Below, in pieces: positions 27,246 through 38,251 of a DNA stretch of 64,000 nucleotides. Both the position numbers and the translations under genes were made by a program. How positions within the stretch are numbered: position 1 is the first letter of the stretch; each line of letters begins with the position of its first letter. Source of the stretch: Armatimonadota bacterium (lineage in GTDB: Bacteria > Armatimonadota > HRBIN16); contig OY781964.1 of assembly GCA_963677485.1 (NCBI GenBank), forward strand, positions 1,280,001 through 1,344,000, given 5' to 3'. The notes beneath the pieces are model-generated. The model did no database searches and was not told the DNA's origin. It worked only from the letters and a program-made list of their open reading frames with translations.

Positions 27246-28511
27246 ATGAAACCGAGCTCGGAAACAATCCGGCGAAACTACGAAGTAGCCAAAGAGGCCT
27301 ATGCTGGTTTGGGCGTAGACACCGAAAAGGCCATGGCTATCCTTGATGAGCTTCAAGTATCACTTCACTGCTGGCAGGGCGACGACGTCGGTGGATTTGA
27401 AAACCCCGAGGGTAGCCTCTCTGGCGGAATTCAAGCCACTGGCAACTACCCTGGCAAGGCATCCACCCCGGCGGAGTTGCGTGCAGACATCGAAAAGGTG
27501 ATGAGCCTGCTTCCCGGCAAGCAGAGGCTGAATATCCACGCCCTCTACATTGATTACCCGGAAAAGATCGAGCGCAACGTCATGAAGCCTGCTCATTTCC
27601 AGAGCTGGATCGACTGGGCGAAAAAGAACGGCATTGCACTGGATTTCAACAGCTCCTTCTTCAGCCATCCATTGTCTGAAGACGGCTACACCCTGGCCAG
27701 TGCCGATGAAAAGACCCGTCAATTCTGGATTGACCACCTCATCGCCAGCCGACAGATCGCTGCCGAAATCGGCAAGCAGTTGGGCTCCCCTTGCTGCCAC
27801 AACATCTGGATTCCTGATGGCGAAAAAGATCAGCCAGCAGACCGCTGGTCACCACGCGCCCGCCTGATGGACAGCCTGGACAAAGCGATGGCTGTTGATG
27901 TAGACAGGAACCACTGCAAGGACTTCGTAGAGAGCAAGCTGTTCGGTATCGGCGCAGAGAGCTATACCGTTGGTTCCCAGGAGTTCTACCTGGCATACGC
28001 CATGAGCCGAGGCGTGGGCCTGACCATGGATATGGGCCACTATCACCCCACCGAGGTTGTGTCCGAGAAGATCTCCGCAGTGCTGACCTTCATGGACGAA
28101 GTACTGCTTCACGTCAGCCGTGGCGTGCGCTGGGACAGCGACCATGTGGTCACCCTGAGCGATGAACTGCTGGCTCTGTGCCAGGAAGTCGTCCGTGGAG
28201 ATGCCATGAAACGCGTCCACTTCGGTCTGGACTTCTTCGATGCCAGCATCAACCGCATCGCCGCCTGGGTCATCGGAACCCGCGCCATGCAGAAGGCTAT
28301 GCTGATTGCTCTGCTTGAACCCAGCGATTGCCTGAAGAAGATGGAAAGCACTGGCGACAAGGCCGGTCGTCTGGCACTGATGGAAGACCTGAAGGACATG
28401 CCTTGGGGCCTGGTTTGGGACTTCTATTGCGATCAGAACGGCGTCCCCGCAGGTAACGCATGGATGGATGATGTTCGTGCTTACGAGAAGAGCGTTCTAA
28501 ATAACCGCTAA
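27246..28511 (+). CDS. rhaA: L-rhamnose isomerase
   Basis: 'SLHCWQGDDV.GFE', 'ATGNYPGKA', 'ESKLFGIG.ESY', 'HVSRGVRWDSDHV', 'LDFFDASINR'; alternative start 27228. Confidence 0.95.
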   Translation: MKPSSETIRRNYEVAKEAYAGLGVDTEKAMAILDELQVSLHCWQGDDVGGFENPEGSLSGGIQATGNYPGKASTPAELRADIEKVMSLLPGKQRLNIHALYIDYPEKIERNVMKPAHFQSWIDWAKKNGIALDFNSSFFSHPLSEDGYTLASADEKTRQFWIDHLIASRQIAAEIGKQLGSPCCHNIWIPDGEKDQPADRWSPRARLMDSLDKAMAVDVDRNHCKDFVESKLFGIGAESYTVGSQEFYLAYAMSRGVGLTMDMGHYHPTEVVSEKISAVLTFMDEVLLHVSRGVRWDSDHVVTLSDELLALCQEVVRGDAMKRVHFGLDFFDASINRIAAWVIGTRAMQKAMLIALLEPSDCLKKMESTGDKAGRLALMEDLKDMPWGLVWDFYCDQNGVPAGNAWMDDVRAYEKSVLNNR

Positions 28512-28532
28512 CCATCGCAATCTGTATCCTTT

Positions 28533-28558
28533 ACAGACCGGCAATCCTGCCGGTCTGT
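28533..28558 (+). terminator. Probable terminator hairpin
   Basis: ACAGACCGGCA-ATCC-TGCCGGTCTGT. Confidence 0.55.
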
Positions 28559-28691
28559 TCTAGTTTTAGGGATCTGCCCGAATTGCCCTTCGCATATCGC
28601 CCATTGTTAGGGTATGATTCAATTGTATACAAGTGTACTTAGTCTTGAGAACATCGCATATTACGGTAAGCCAGGATAGAAAGAACAATCG

Positions 28692-30584
28692 ATGAGAATT
28701 CTCGTAGCTGAAGATACAGCCACGATGCAATGCCTCCTCACCAATGCCCTTACAGAGTGGGGTTACGAGGTGGTTTCCGCTACAGATGGTAAAGCAGCCT
28801 GGAAAATCCTAAAGTCACCAAATCCCCCGCCAATCGCCATCCTGGACTGGATGATGCCAGGGCTAGATGGCGTTGACATCTGCCGACTCGCTAGACAGCA
28901 ACTCACCACTCCGCTCTACATAATATTACTTACCGGACGGGGTAAAACCGAAGATATTGTGGTTGGTTTAGATGCGGGTGCTGATGACTATGTAACCAAG
29001 CCTTTTGAGCTAGAAGAGCTTCACGCTCGGGTCAAATCCGGCGAGCGGTTTGTCGGGCTGCAGCACGCCTTACGTGATCACATACGCCGGTTGGACGAGA
29101 GCCAAAACCTGCTACGTAAAAGTGAGCAGCACTACCGCACACTGGTTGAAGGTGCCCCCTACGCCATCGGACTGCTTGACATATCAGGCCGCGTGCTCAG
29201 CATGAACACCAGTGGCTTGCACGGCATGCAAATGCAGGCCGATGAGGTGCTGGGAGCCTCGTTCAATGACATCTGGGTTCGCGAAACACAGCCCGCGGTC
29301 AGTTACGCCTTCGCCCATGCAATCGCTGGTGAACGATCCTCTTTCATAGCCGATCACAAGCTATTAGATGGATCCATCGCAACCTGGGAAGTGGCGTTGA
29401 ACCCCCTTTTTGACGACCAGACCGGCAGTGTGACCGGGTTAGTCGTGATCGGCGGTGACATCACCCAGCGTAAGCGTACCGAGGACGCCCTTCGGGAAAG
29501 CGAACGATGGTTCCACACCATCGGTGATGCGGCCATGGACGGCATCATGGCTCTGAACTCCCAAGGCAAAATCATCTATTGTAATAGAGCTGGCGAACAG
29601 ATTCTGGGCTGTGAAACATACGAAGCATTAGGGATTGAAGCAGCCTCTCTGCTGTCAGAAGGTCCTGGGCAAGATGAGTTCCTGGCCGTTTTGAATTCTA
29701 TCAGCGACCCAGACGAAACGACGATGTCTTCGCACACCATAGAGTCCGAATTGGTGAGGCGTGACGGCGGCATCATTCCTGTGGAGATTCCCCTAAGCGT
29801 GGCCAAAATGCGTGGTGAATGGCATTTAATAGCCATCATTCGCGACATTACAGAACGCCGAAGCAGGGAGGAACAAAACCAGTTGCTCATGAACCGGCTG
29901 GCGGATGCCAACACCGAGTTGCGCGACTTCGCATTTGTGGTATCCCACGACCTGAAGGCCCCGTTGAGGGCGATCGGCAGCCTGGCCACATGGATTGTGC
30001 AGGACTACTCAGACAAGCTGGATGAAGACGGCATTAGTCAACTGGATCTGCTCGTACAACGCGTAGGACGCATGGGCAAACTGATAGACGGTATTTTGGA
30101 GTACAGCCGTATCGGTCGCCTTTCCGAGAAGTTTGAAGAGGTGAACCTCCAGACGATCATCACTGACATCGTGGATATTCTCGCTCCTCCAGCCAATATG
30201 CTCATCACGATACAGCCGGATTTACCCACCATCATCGCCGAACCAACACGCATCAACCAACTGTTTCAAAATCTGATCAGTAACGCCATTAAATACAACG
30301 ACAAACCTCAAGGGCAAATATCGGTCACCTGTAGTAATCAAGGGCAATACTGGTTATTTGAGGTCACCGACAACGGACCGGGCATCGCCGAAAAAGACTT
30401 CGATCGGGTTTTTCAGATTTTCCAAACCCTCAAGTCTCATGATGAAGTGGATAGCACCGGAGTCGGCCTTACGGTGGTCAAGAAAATCATAGATATTTAC
30501 CGGGGCAAAATATGGATCACCAGCAAGCTGGGTGAGTTCACAACTTTCTCCTTTACCTTGCCAAAGAACTTGATGTCAGCCTAA
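28692..30584 (+). CDS. Hybrid sensor histidine kinase REC-PAS-PAS-HisKA-HATPase_c
   Basis: 'ILDWMMPGLDG', two 'DITxRK/R' PAS ends, 'SHDLKAPL', 'NLISNAIKY', 'DNGPG', 'TGVGL'. Confidence 0.9.
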   Translation: MRILVAEDTATMQCLLTNALTEWGYEVVSATDGKAAWKILKSPNPPPIAILDWMMPGLDGVDICRLARQQLTTPLYIILLTGRGKTEDIVVGLDAGADDYVTKPFELEELHARVKSGERFVGLQHALRDHIRRLDESQNLLRKSEQHYRTLVEGAPYAIGLLDISGRVLSMNTSGLHGMQMQADEVLGASFNDIWVRETQPAVSYAFAHAIAGERSSFIADHKLLDGSIATWEVALNPLFDDQTGSVTGLVVIGGDITQRKRTEDALRESERWFHTIGDAAMDGIMALNSQGKIIYCNRAGEQILGCETYEALGIEAASLLSEGPGQDEFLAVLNSISDPDETTMSSHTIESELVRRDGGIIPVEIPLSVAKMRGEWHLIAIIRDITERRSREEQNQLLMNRLADANTELRDFAFVVSHDLKAPLRAIGSLATWIVQDYSDKLDEDGISQLDLLVQRVGRMGKLIDGILEYSRIGRLSEKFEEVNLQTIITDIVDILAPPANMLITIQPDLPTIIAEPTRINQLFQNLISNAIKYNDKPQGQISVTCSNQGQYWLFEVTDNGPGIAEKDFDRVFQIFQTLKSHDEVDSTGVGLTVVKKIIDIYRGKIWITSKLGEFTTFSFTLPKNLMSA

Positions 30585-30610
30585 ATTCATCGATATAGAG
30601 GAGTGCATCT

Positions 30611-32905
30611 ATGCGACTAAACTCAATCAGCGTGGGCAAAAGGCTCGCTATCGCATTTATCATCATCACGGCCATCACCGCCATCATCGGCTGGCGAGGG
30701 GCGTATGGTATGAGGCATATTCAAACACTCGCACGCACCCTGGTCGATGTCGATAATGCGGCTATCGAGCACTGCCTTTCCGTAAACCTTGCATTGACTG
30801 ACCTCTCCCGTGTTGAGAGGACGCTGATACTTCCCAGCCTAACTGACGAACAGCGTCAACAGCAGGAGGGTTCCCTTGCCGGCTTATATTCAGTACTGAA
30901 TAAAAACATTGATGCATTTGACAACCTGGAGTTAAGTGGGCAGAACGAAAAGCTTTGGGGAAAATTCGTCACCACGAAAAACCAATGGATGAGCGTGCAT
31001 AAGCGCGTGGTCGGCCTCTGCCAGCAGAATAAGCTGCAGGAAGCCGCTGCGTTGTCGATGGGTGAAGGCCTGACATTGCATGAACAGCTAGATGCTGCCG
31101 CTGATGTGCTGACATCGTCCGTCGAAAAACAGAGCAATGATGCGTTACTTCAAATCGAAGCTGTTTACGGATCCATGCATGTTTTCGTCATCATTTTGAC
31201 GACACTAGGATGTCTTCTTGCGGTCATTCTAGGATGGATCATGACCAATTCGATCACACGTCCTTTGCAGAAGCTGACTGAGGCCAGCGCACGCCTGGCT
31301 GAGGGTGATGCGACCACACAGGTAAAGGTAGAAGGCTCAGATGAGGTTTCCTTACTGGCAAGCTCTGTAAAAGCCGCACTGGCCAACATCCGCAGTCAGA
31401 CCGAAGTCGCGCAGCAGATTGCGAAAGGCGACCTCAGTGTGACCGTCTCTGCCGCGTCGGACCGTGACACACTGGCACAGTCGATGCAAGCGATGGTTGA
31501 TACACTACGGGGTCTGGTTCAGGAGTCCACCACTTTAACATCAGCGGCCGCCGTCGGGCAGGTACGCGTCCGTGGTAACTACCAGGCATTTCAAGGGGCC
31601 TACCGTGATATCGTAGTGGGCGTTAACAACACGCTGGATGCCATCATGGATGCTTTTGATGCGGTGATCGCAGTCAGCGGATCCCTTAGCCAAAAGGACC
31701 TAACAGCACGGATGTCCATCAATTACCAGGGTGAGTTCCTTGAGTTAGCCCAGGCACTGAACACGGCGATGGCCGCCCTTGAGGCAGCCTTCGGCCAAAC
31801 TGACCAGGCCGCTGAACGCGTATTACGTGCCACGAAAATGGTGGCAGCGACCAGCGGCGAAGTGGGCCGGGCCAGCAGTTCCATAGCACAGACTATCTCG
31901 CAGGTCGCCCAGGGCAGCTCTGAACAGAGCCGCACCATTACCAGTGCCTCCGCCAGTATGGAGCAGTTGAGCCGTGCCATAGAAGATGTGGCCCGCGGGG
32001 CTCAGAGCCAAGCGAATATCGTGCAAGACACTGTGGTGATCGTCCAACAGATCAGCGATGACATCAATACGGTAGCAGCCACCGCACAACAGGCTACAGC
32101 AGCATCGATGCAGGTTTCAGATGTCGCCCAGATTGGTGGTGTCAGTGTGAAACAGACCGTAGAGGGTATGCTTCACATCAGCGAAACCAGTGGCCGCATG
32201 GCAGAAGCCATCAAGCAGCTAGGTGCCCAGAGCCGACAGATTGGCATGATTGTGGAAGCAATAGATGATATAGCCGACCAGACCAACCTGCTGGCCCTAA
32301 ATGCCACCATAGAAGCGGCAAGGGCCGGCGAACATGGTAAAGGCTTTGCCGTAGTTGCGGATGAGATTCGCAAACTAGCAGAGCGATCCAGTAATGCCAC
32401 CCGCGAGATCGCCGAGTTGATACGCGGCATACAAGAAGGTACCGATAACGCCGTATCAGCCATGAACGAGAACGGTAAGGATGTGGCAACAGGCATGGAA
32501 CTCGCTCGAAAAGCAGGCGAGTCCCTGAGCGATATCCAATCAGCGGTCAACAGCATCGTCGGTCAGATCAAGGAAATGGCCACCAGCGCCCACAAGATGA
32601 ACGTCAGTAGTAATGATGTGGTGCGTGCTGTGGAAAGCCTGAGCGCGGTCTCTGAGGAAAGCAGTGCCGCCACTGAAGAGATGGCTGCGGTCAGTACCGA
32701 AGTGAACCGCTCTATCGAACAGGTTGTCACCGTCAGCGAACAGAATGCTGCAGCCGCTGAAGAGGTGTCGGCAGCCGCTGAAGAGCAGAGTGCCGCAGCC
32801 CAGGAGATGGTGGCAGGCGCAGAAGACGCTACTCAGATCGTTGAGAAGCTTCAGCAAATGATAGGCGATTTCAAAATCACCAAAACCGGACAGAGCAGTA
32901 AGTAA
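30611..32905 (+). CDS. Methyl-accepting chemotaxis protein (4HB sensor, multiple HAMP domains)
   Basis: Two TM helices; '[38 protein letters not shown]'. Confidence 0.95.
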   Translation: MRLNSISVGKRLAIAFIIITAITAIIGWRGAYGMRHIQTLARTLVDVDNAAIEHCLSVNLALTDLSRVERTLILPSLTDEQRQQQEGSLAGLYSVLNKNIDAFDNLELSGQNEKLWGKFVTTKNQWMSVHKRVVGLCQQNKLQEAAALSMGEGLTLHEQLDAAADVLTSSVEKQSNDALLQIEAVYGSMHVFVIILTTLGCLLAVILGWIMTNSITRPLQKLTEASARLAEGDATTQVKVEGSDEVSLLASSVKAALANIRSQTEVAQQIAKGDLSVTVSAASDRDTLAQSMQAMVDTLRGLVQESTTLTSAAAVGQVRVRGNYQAFQGAYRDIVVGVNNTLDAIMDAFDAVIAVSGSLSQKDLTARMSINYQGEFLELAQALNTAMAALEAAFGQTDQAAERVLRATKMVAATSGEVGRASSSIAQTISQVAQGSSEQSRTITSASASMEQLSRAIEDVARGAQSQANIVQDTVVIVQQISDDINTVAATAQQATAASMQVSDVAQIGGVSVKQTVEGMLHISETSGRMAEAIKQLGAQSRQIGMIVEAIDDIADQTNLLALNATIEAARAGEHGKGFAVVADEIRKLAERSSNATREIAELIRGIQEGTDNAVSAMNENGKDVATGMELARKAGESLSDIQSAVNSIVGQIKEMATSAHKMNVSSNDVVRAVESLSAVSEESSAATEEMAAVSTEVNRSIEQVVTVSEQNAAAAEEVSAAAEEQSAAAQEMVAGAEDATQIVEKLQQMIGDFKITKTGQSSK

Positions 32906-33417
32906 TGGACGCAGCAGCGAAGCTGACCGCGATGGAAGGTATACGGCACCTTGTGCTGTGTGACATCTCAGGGGAAACATACGGGATAGACATCGAGCTG
33001 GTGGATACCGTCATCCGTAACCAGCCTGTCACCTCTGTGCCTTGTATGCCGCACTTCGTCGAGGGGGTTGTCAACCTGAGGGGCAGCATCATTCCCGTCG
33101 TCGATCTTCGCAAGAGATTTAACTTGGTGATCAAGCCCACCCAGCGCGACAGTCGCATTGTTGTCGTGCGGGTGAAACAGCAGTGGGTGGGACTGGTGGT
33201 CGATGCGGTCACTCGAACCTGTCATCTGCCCATCGATCAGATTGAAGCAGCCAGCTCTCTGGTGGTGAATGTCAAACACCGCTACATTGAGGGCGTGGCC
33301 CAACTGGACGAGCAAATCATCATCATGTTGAACCTTGAGCAGAGTTTGTCAAGCGACGAGGCGGCTGATATGGATGAGGCGAGTGAGTTCCTGCAGAAAG
33401 AGGGCATCGAACAATGA
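32905..33417 (+). CDS. cheW: Chemotaxis coupling protein CheW
   Basis: 'EGVVNLRGSIIPVVDLR', 'GLVVDAV'. Confidence 0.93.
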   Translation: MDAAAKLTAMEGIRHLVLCDISGETYGIDIELVDTVIRNQPVTSVPCMPHFVEGVVNLRGSIIPVVDLRKRFNLVIKPTQRDSRIVVVRVKQQWVGLVVDAVTRTCHLPIDQIEAASSLVVNVKHRYIEGVAQLDEQIIIMLNLEQSLSSDEAADMDEASEFLQKEGIEQ

Positions 33418-35468
33418 GTGACTTTCGCGATGACCCCGCCCTGCTGGAAGTGTTCTGGCAAGAGGCCGAAGAACAGTTGATGTGGCTTGAACAAGGCCTG
33501 ATGAAGATTGAACGAGATGGGCAGAGCTCCGAAGTACTGAACGATGTGTTCCGGGCGGCCCACACCCTGAAAGGCTCAAGCGGCATGATGGGCTTTACGG
33601 CCCTGACCGAGCTGACACACGCTATGGAAGAACTGCTTGACCTGCTGCGTCAAGGCAAGCGTTCCGTAGATTCCGATGTGGTGAATGCTCTGCTCTCCAG
33701 CAACGACTGCCTCAGGGCTATGCTGGAAGCACTCAAAACGGGTAATGAACACCAGCCTGACACGGCACCGGCGATTTTGGCACTCCAACAGGTCAGCATC
33801 AGCGATAACACCGACACACCATCTGGCAACACGCCTTCGGCACCCGCTTCTTTACCTCCGTTGATGGACGGGGCCGTACGCATCTCTGTCACCATCGCAG
33901 AAGACTGCCTGACGCCCACCATCCGGGCATTTATGGTGTTCAATGCTCTGAAGGACAAGTCGGTCATCATCGCCAGTCTACCGGACGAATCCGCCACCGA
34001 GTCGGTATATGCAGGGCAGACGATCACCGTCGATATCTTGCCACAAACAAGCATTGATGAGCTGTTGCATTCACTGAACTTTAGCGAAGTCAGGGTCACG
34101 CTAGTTGAAGACCGTCGGCAAGCTGAAGAGGCGGATATATCCACGCCCGAAATCATACAGCATGATGAAGCGAGAGATACGGATCAAGCTGTCGTAGAAA
34201 CCACGACTGTGCGTGAGGCAAGCCAGACAGAGTCAACCCATTTCCGAGGACTGCAAACCGTCAGGGTGGCTGTAGAACGGCTGGATACCCTGATGAACCT
34301 GGTGGGTGAACTGGTGGTTGGCCGCAGCCGTATAGAGCAACTTGTGAATGAGCTCAAACAATCGGTCGGCGAATCCAGTGTGATCAACGAAATCCGCGAC
34401 ACCAGCGTCTCCTTGGGGCAGTTCACGGCCGACCTGCAGGAGCAGATCATGCGTATCCGCATGTTGCCTGTGGAGCAGGTATTCAACCGCTTCCCCAGAA
34501 TGGTGCGCGACCTTTCGCATCACGCAGGCAAAAGGGTCAACTTCGTCATTACGGGCCAGGATACCGAGCTAGATCGATCGCTGATGGAAGACATCATTGA
34601 CCCGATCACCCATCTGCTGCGAAACGCTATAGACCATGGTGTGGAGATGCCAAACCAGCGTGTCGCCAAAGGGAAAAACCCGGAAGCGACGGTCACTCTG
34701 AGTGCAAAACACGAGGAAAACCACATACTCATATCGGTGAGTGATGACGGGAATGGGATATCCGTTGAGCATGTGCGTCAGGCGGCTGTGAGTCGAGGGA
34801 TCATCACTCTCGAAGCCGCAGACCGCTTAACGGAATCCGAAGCGATGTCCCTCATTTTCCTGCCCTCAGTCACCACAGCCACCGAGGTCACCGATATATC
34901 GGGGCGTGGCGTTGGCATGGATGTTGTGAAAAACAACATTGAACGGCTCGGTGGCTCAGTCGATGTGCAGAGCCAACCTGGGAATGGATCAACAATCACC
35001 ATCCGGCTGCCCCTCACTCTGGCCATCGTGCAAGCACTGCTGGTCCAAGTTGGGAATACCATATTTGCGATACCCCTCAGTGCCATCGTGGAAACAAGTC
35101 GGTGCGGCACAGGCATGTTAACTACGATCGAAGGCCGATCGGTATTGCCCTTCCGGGGCAATGTGCTACCTGTGGCACGATTAGGCGAGCTGCTGCATAT
35201 CCCTGCCGCCATCAACACTCGTAACCATTCCCTGCTGGTGATAGTGAAAACATCAGGACAACAACTCGGTTTGATTGTAGACGGCCTGCTTGGCAGTCAC
35301 GAAATTGTGATCAAGCCGCTAGGTAGTTTCTTCCATAGCTTGAACAGCATTTCGGGTGCCACACTGCTCGGTGATGGGCGTATCGCGCTCGTATTGGATA
35401 TGGGCACGCTGCATCAACTAGTCGAGTCATCCTTTGAAGCATATTCCGCCAGTACGAGGCAAGGATGA
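33414..35468 (+). CDS. cheA: Chemotaxis histidine kinase CheA
   Basis: 'FRAAHTLKG', 'LMNLVGEL', 'RNAIDHG', 'SGRGVGMDVV', C-terminal CheW domain. Confidence 0.96.
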   Translation: MSDFRDDPALLEVFWQEAEEQLMWLEQGLMKIERDGQSSEVLNDVFRAAHTLKGSSGMMGFTALTELTHAMEELLDLLRQGKRSVDSDVVNALLSSNDCLRAMLEALKTGNEHQPDTAPAILALQQVSISDNTDTPSGNTPSAPASLPPLMDGAVRISVTIAEDCLTPTIRAFMVFNALKDKSVIIASLPDESATESVYAGQTITVDILPQTSIDELLHSLNFSEVRVTLVEDRRQAEEADISTPEIIQHDEARDTDQAVVETTTVREASQTESTHFRGLQTVRVAVERLDTLMNLVGELVVGRSRIEQLVNELKQSVGESSVINEIRDTSVSLGQFTADLQEQIMRIRMLPVEQVFNRFPRMVRDLSHHAGKRVNFVITGQDTELDRSLMEDIIDPITHLLRNAIDHGVEMPNQRVAKGKNPEATVTLSAKHEENHILISVSDDGNGISVEHVRQAAVSRGIITLEAADRLTESEAMSLIFLPSVTTATEVTDISGRGVGMDVVKNNIERLGGSVDVQSQPGNGSTITIRLPLTLAIVQALLVQVGNTIFAIPLSAIVETSRCGTGMLTTIEGRSVLPFRGNVLPVARLGELLHIPAAINTRNHSLLVIVKTSGQQLGLIVDGLLGSHEIVIKPLGSFFHSLNSISGATLLGDGRIALVLDMGTLHQLVESSFEAYSASTRQG

Positions 35469-36277
35469 CCGAAGCACCGGACCTTGATTACAAGCAGTTC
35501 AAACGAAAGGTTCTGACCCTTACCGGACTGGATCTAGATGTGTACAAGCAGAACCAAATGGAACGACGGTTGCGATACCTGCTGGAGCGACACCATTGTC
35601 AGAGCTTTCACAGCTATTTCAAGATGATCGAGGCGGATCCAGAGACTCGACAAAGCTTCATGGACTACATTACCATCAATGTGTCGGAGTTTTTTCGCAA
35701 CCCAGAGTATTTTGAAACACTTGGCACAGTGATACTGCCGGAGTTGTTAAAGCGTAAGCGAGTCTTGCGGATATGGAGTGCCGCTTGCAGTTACGGGCAG
35801 GAACCCTACAGTTTGGCTATACTGTTAAGCGAGCTGGCTCCATTTCGAGTTCACACCATCATCGCTACAGATATTGATGCGCGCAGCCTTGAAAACACCA
35901 AGGCAGGGCAGTATAGCGAATTAGATGTGAAGAATGTATCGGCGGAAAGGCTGTCACGCTGGTTTACCCAGGCTGATGGCACATATACTATCGATGACCG
36001 GCTTCGGTCGATGTTGACGGTAGAACGACACGACCTGCTGAAGGATCCTTACCCGGCAAATATCGACCTGATCGTCTGCCGCAATGTGGCCATCTACTTC
36101 ACCGATGAAGCGAAGAAGCATCTGTTCAAAAGCATGTATCAATCACTGGTACCAGGTGGCTACTTGTTTGTCGGTGGAACAGAACGGATACAAAATGCCG
36201 CCAGCGTGGGATTTGTAAGCCACCACACGCTTTTTTACCAGCACCCGTTCCAATCAGTAACCGAGGAGAGAACCTGA
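35465..36277 (+). CDS. cheR: Chemotaxis methyltransferase CheR
   Basis: 'TINVSEFFRN', 'IWSAACSYGQEPYS', 'CRNVAIYF'. Confidence 0.95.
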   Translation: MTEAPDLDYKQFKRKVLTLTGLDLDVYKQNQMERRLRYLLERHHCQSFHSYFKMIEADPETRQSFMDYITINVSEFFRNPEYFETLGTVILPELLKRKRVLRIWSAACSYGQEPYSLAILLSELAPFRVHTIIATDIDARSLENTKAGQYSELDVKNVSAERLSRWFTQADGTYTIDDRLRSMLTVERHDLLKDPYPANIDLIVCRNVAIYFTDEAKKHLFKSMYQSLVPGGYLFVGGTERIQNAASVGFVSHHTLFYQHPFQSVTEERT

Positions 36278-36639
36278 TGCCGAATAAGGTGATGATCGTT
36301 GATGATGCGCTATTCATGCGCGTCTCCATTCGCAAAATTATAACAGGGGCGGGTTATGATGTCGTTGCTGAAGCGGGTGACGGTAACGAAGCAATACGGC
36401 TCTACGAAGCCAGCCAACCAGACGCAGTATTAATGGATATCACTATGCCTGGCAAAGATGGGCTTACGGCTGCCAAAGAGATACTTCAACACTATCCAGA
36501 CGCCAAAATAATCATGTGTACAGCGTTGGGGCAACAGAATATGCTGGCAGAGGCCATAAAAGCAGGTGTGCGAGACTACATCGTAAAGCCATTTCAACCG
36601 GAGCGTGTCATCGAAAGCCTAGCAAAGGTGCTGGAGTAG
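36277..36639 (+). CDS. cheY: Response regulator CheY
   Basis: Single REC domain: 'VDDA.FMR', 'MDITMP', 'VKPF'. Confidence 0.9.
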   Translation: MPNKVMIVDDALFMRVSIRKIITGAGYDVVAEAGDGNEAIRLYEASQPDAVLMDITMPGKDGLTAAKEILQHYPDAKIIMCTALGQQNMLAEAIKAGVRDYIVKPFQPERVIESLAKVLE

Positions 36640-36646
36640 TGCGTTA

Positions 36647-37123
36647 ATGAGAGTTGAATTCATCGAGCCATTTGTGAAGGCAGGACTTCAGGTGATCACA
36701 ACGTACATTGGTGCGCCTCTCAGCAGAGGACCCCTTAGTGTGCGCCGTTCGTCATTCGCTTCCGCTGACGTCAACATCGTAGCCGGAGTGAGTGGTGATG
36801 TCTCTGGTTCCGCCATCTACGCCATGCCGCTTGAAACCGCACTGAACCTGGCGTCATCGATGATGGGTGAGATCGTGCATACAATGGATGAACTGTCCTG
36901 GAGTGCCATTGCTGAGCTCGGAAACATCATCACAGGACACGCCACTCGTCTTCTATATGAAGCAGGCCTGAACTGCCACATGACGCCCCCTACGGTGTTG
37001 CGTGGTGCCAATATAGAGATATCTACCGAGGTTCATGCGCTTGTGGTACCGCTTGATACACCTTCGGGACGGTTTGAAATCAATGTGGCGATCGAGGAAG
37101 CGACTACGAAAGTGAGCGTCTAG
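36647..37123 (+). CDS. cheX: Chemotaxis phosphatase CheX
   Basis: 'FIEPFV', 'SAIAELGNIITG', 'TPPTV'. Confidence 0.88.
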   Translation: MRVEFIEPFVKAGLQVITTYIGAPLSRGPLSVRRSSFASADVNIVAGVSGDVSGSAIYAMPLETALNLASSMMGEIVHTMDELSWSAIAELGNIITGHATRLLYEAGLNCHMTPPTVLRGANIEISTEVHALVVPLDTPSGRFEINVAIEEATTKVSV

Positions 37124-37152
37124 CTGACCTCATCTTTATTTCAGGAGAAGCC

Positions 37153-37728
37153 ATGCAAGGATTTGATGTAATCGCCCGTTTAGCTGTTGATACAGCCTCC
37201 GACGCAGTCTACATACTGACAGGCGCTGTGCGTATGGAAGTGCGTTGGGCCGAGGTCATCCCTACACTGCGCATCGCCAGCCGCATCCAACATCCTGAAG
37301 CCCCTGCAACTGCCGCATATGTGAACATCACCGGTGATATCCCAGGACACGGTTTGTTGCTGTTCGAACTAGCGGATGCCTTGTTACTGTGTGACTTATT
37401 ATTAGGGCAGACTGAGGGTTGCGCAAAGGAAATGGGCGAGTTAGAGACGAGTGCTCTTCTTGAACTCGCGAACATTGTGACATCGAGCTACATCAACGCC
37501 ATTGCTGACTATGAAGGTTGCTCGCTGTATCCCAGCCCTCCAGCCTTTGCATTCGATATGGCTGGAGCCATATTACAGCAGACGCTGTGCGCATGCGCGC
37601 ATTTGCAGACACAGACATACAGTATCGCCACCAGATTCATCTACCACCACCGATGCATGGACGGGTTATTCCTATATATACCGGATGATGGCTTCTCAGG
37701 CCATTCCAACTCAATCGCCGATGCGTGA
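37153..37728 (+). CDS. cheC: Chemotaxis phosphatase CheC
   Basis: 'SALLELANIVTSSY', 'PSPP...DMAGAIL'; the first ExxN motif is not evident. Confidence 0.8.
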   Translation: MQGFDVIARLAVDTASDAVYILTGAVRMEVRWAEVIPTLRIASRIQHPEAPATAAYVNITGDIPGHGLLLFELADALLLCDLLLGQTEGCAKEMGELETSALLELANIVTSSYINAIADYEGCSLYPSPPAFAFDMAGAILQQTLCACAHLQTQTYSIATRFIYHHRCMDGLFLYIPDDGFSGHSNSIADA

Positions 37729-38251
37729 TATTTTAGTTGGTATGGGTGAAACGGTGGCCTCTCAAGACCGCGATGTGGTGCTGACTGCTCTCGGTTTAGG
37801 AAGCTGCATCGGGATATTTGCATATGACTACCGGGCGATGGTGGGCGGATGCGCCCACGTAGTATTGCCCCATGCTACCGGTGCATATGACCCGTTATAT
37901 CCAGCGAAATGCATGAATACTGCCTTTGACAGCCTGATCCAATCTATACAAGATATTACCAAGAGCTCACGCTACCTTAGCTGGGCCCTTGTTGGCGGAG
38001 CCCAGCTGTTCAAGGGGCTGACGCAAATAGGCCTGATGGATATCGGCGCGAGAAACATCAAGGCCGCACAGGAGCAAATGATTATCCGTGATATTAACCC
38101 CATATACACCGATTTTGGCGGCGACAAGGGGCGAACCGCCAAGCTGTATATAACCGATGGACTACTCTACATGAGGGTTCTTGGGCAGCAGGATCAGCCA
38201 TTAGCTGACATGCGGCTAAATAAACGGATCAAGGGTCAAGGCCAATCATGA
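37721..38251 (+). CDS. cheD: Chemoreceptor glutamine deamidase CheD
   Basis: 'GLGSCIG', 'AHVVLP', 'VGGAQLF', 'IGARN', 'GGDKGR'; ATG 37721 overlaps the cheC end. Confidence 0.9.
   Translation: MRDILVGMGETVASQDRDVVLTALGLGSCIGIFAYDYRAMVGGCAHVVLPHATGAYDPLYPAKCMNTAFDSLIQSIQDITKSSRYLSWALVGGAQLFKGLTQIGLMDIGARNIKAAQEQMIIRDINPIYTDFGGDKGRTAKLYITDGLLYMRVLGQQDQPLADMRLNKRIKGQGQS

Noticed and set aside
37502-37720. Long N-terminal extension of CheD in the ORF track (likewise 58698, 12367-13236, 712-1569, 8903)
   Set aside because: The extensions overlap upstream genes or repeats; downstream ATGs with RBS or translational coupling fit better
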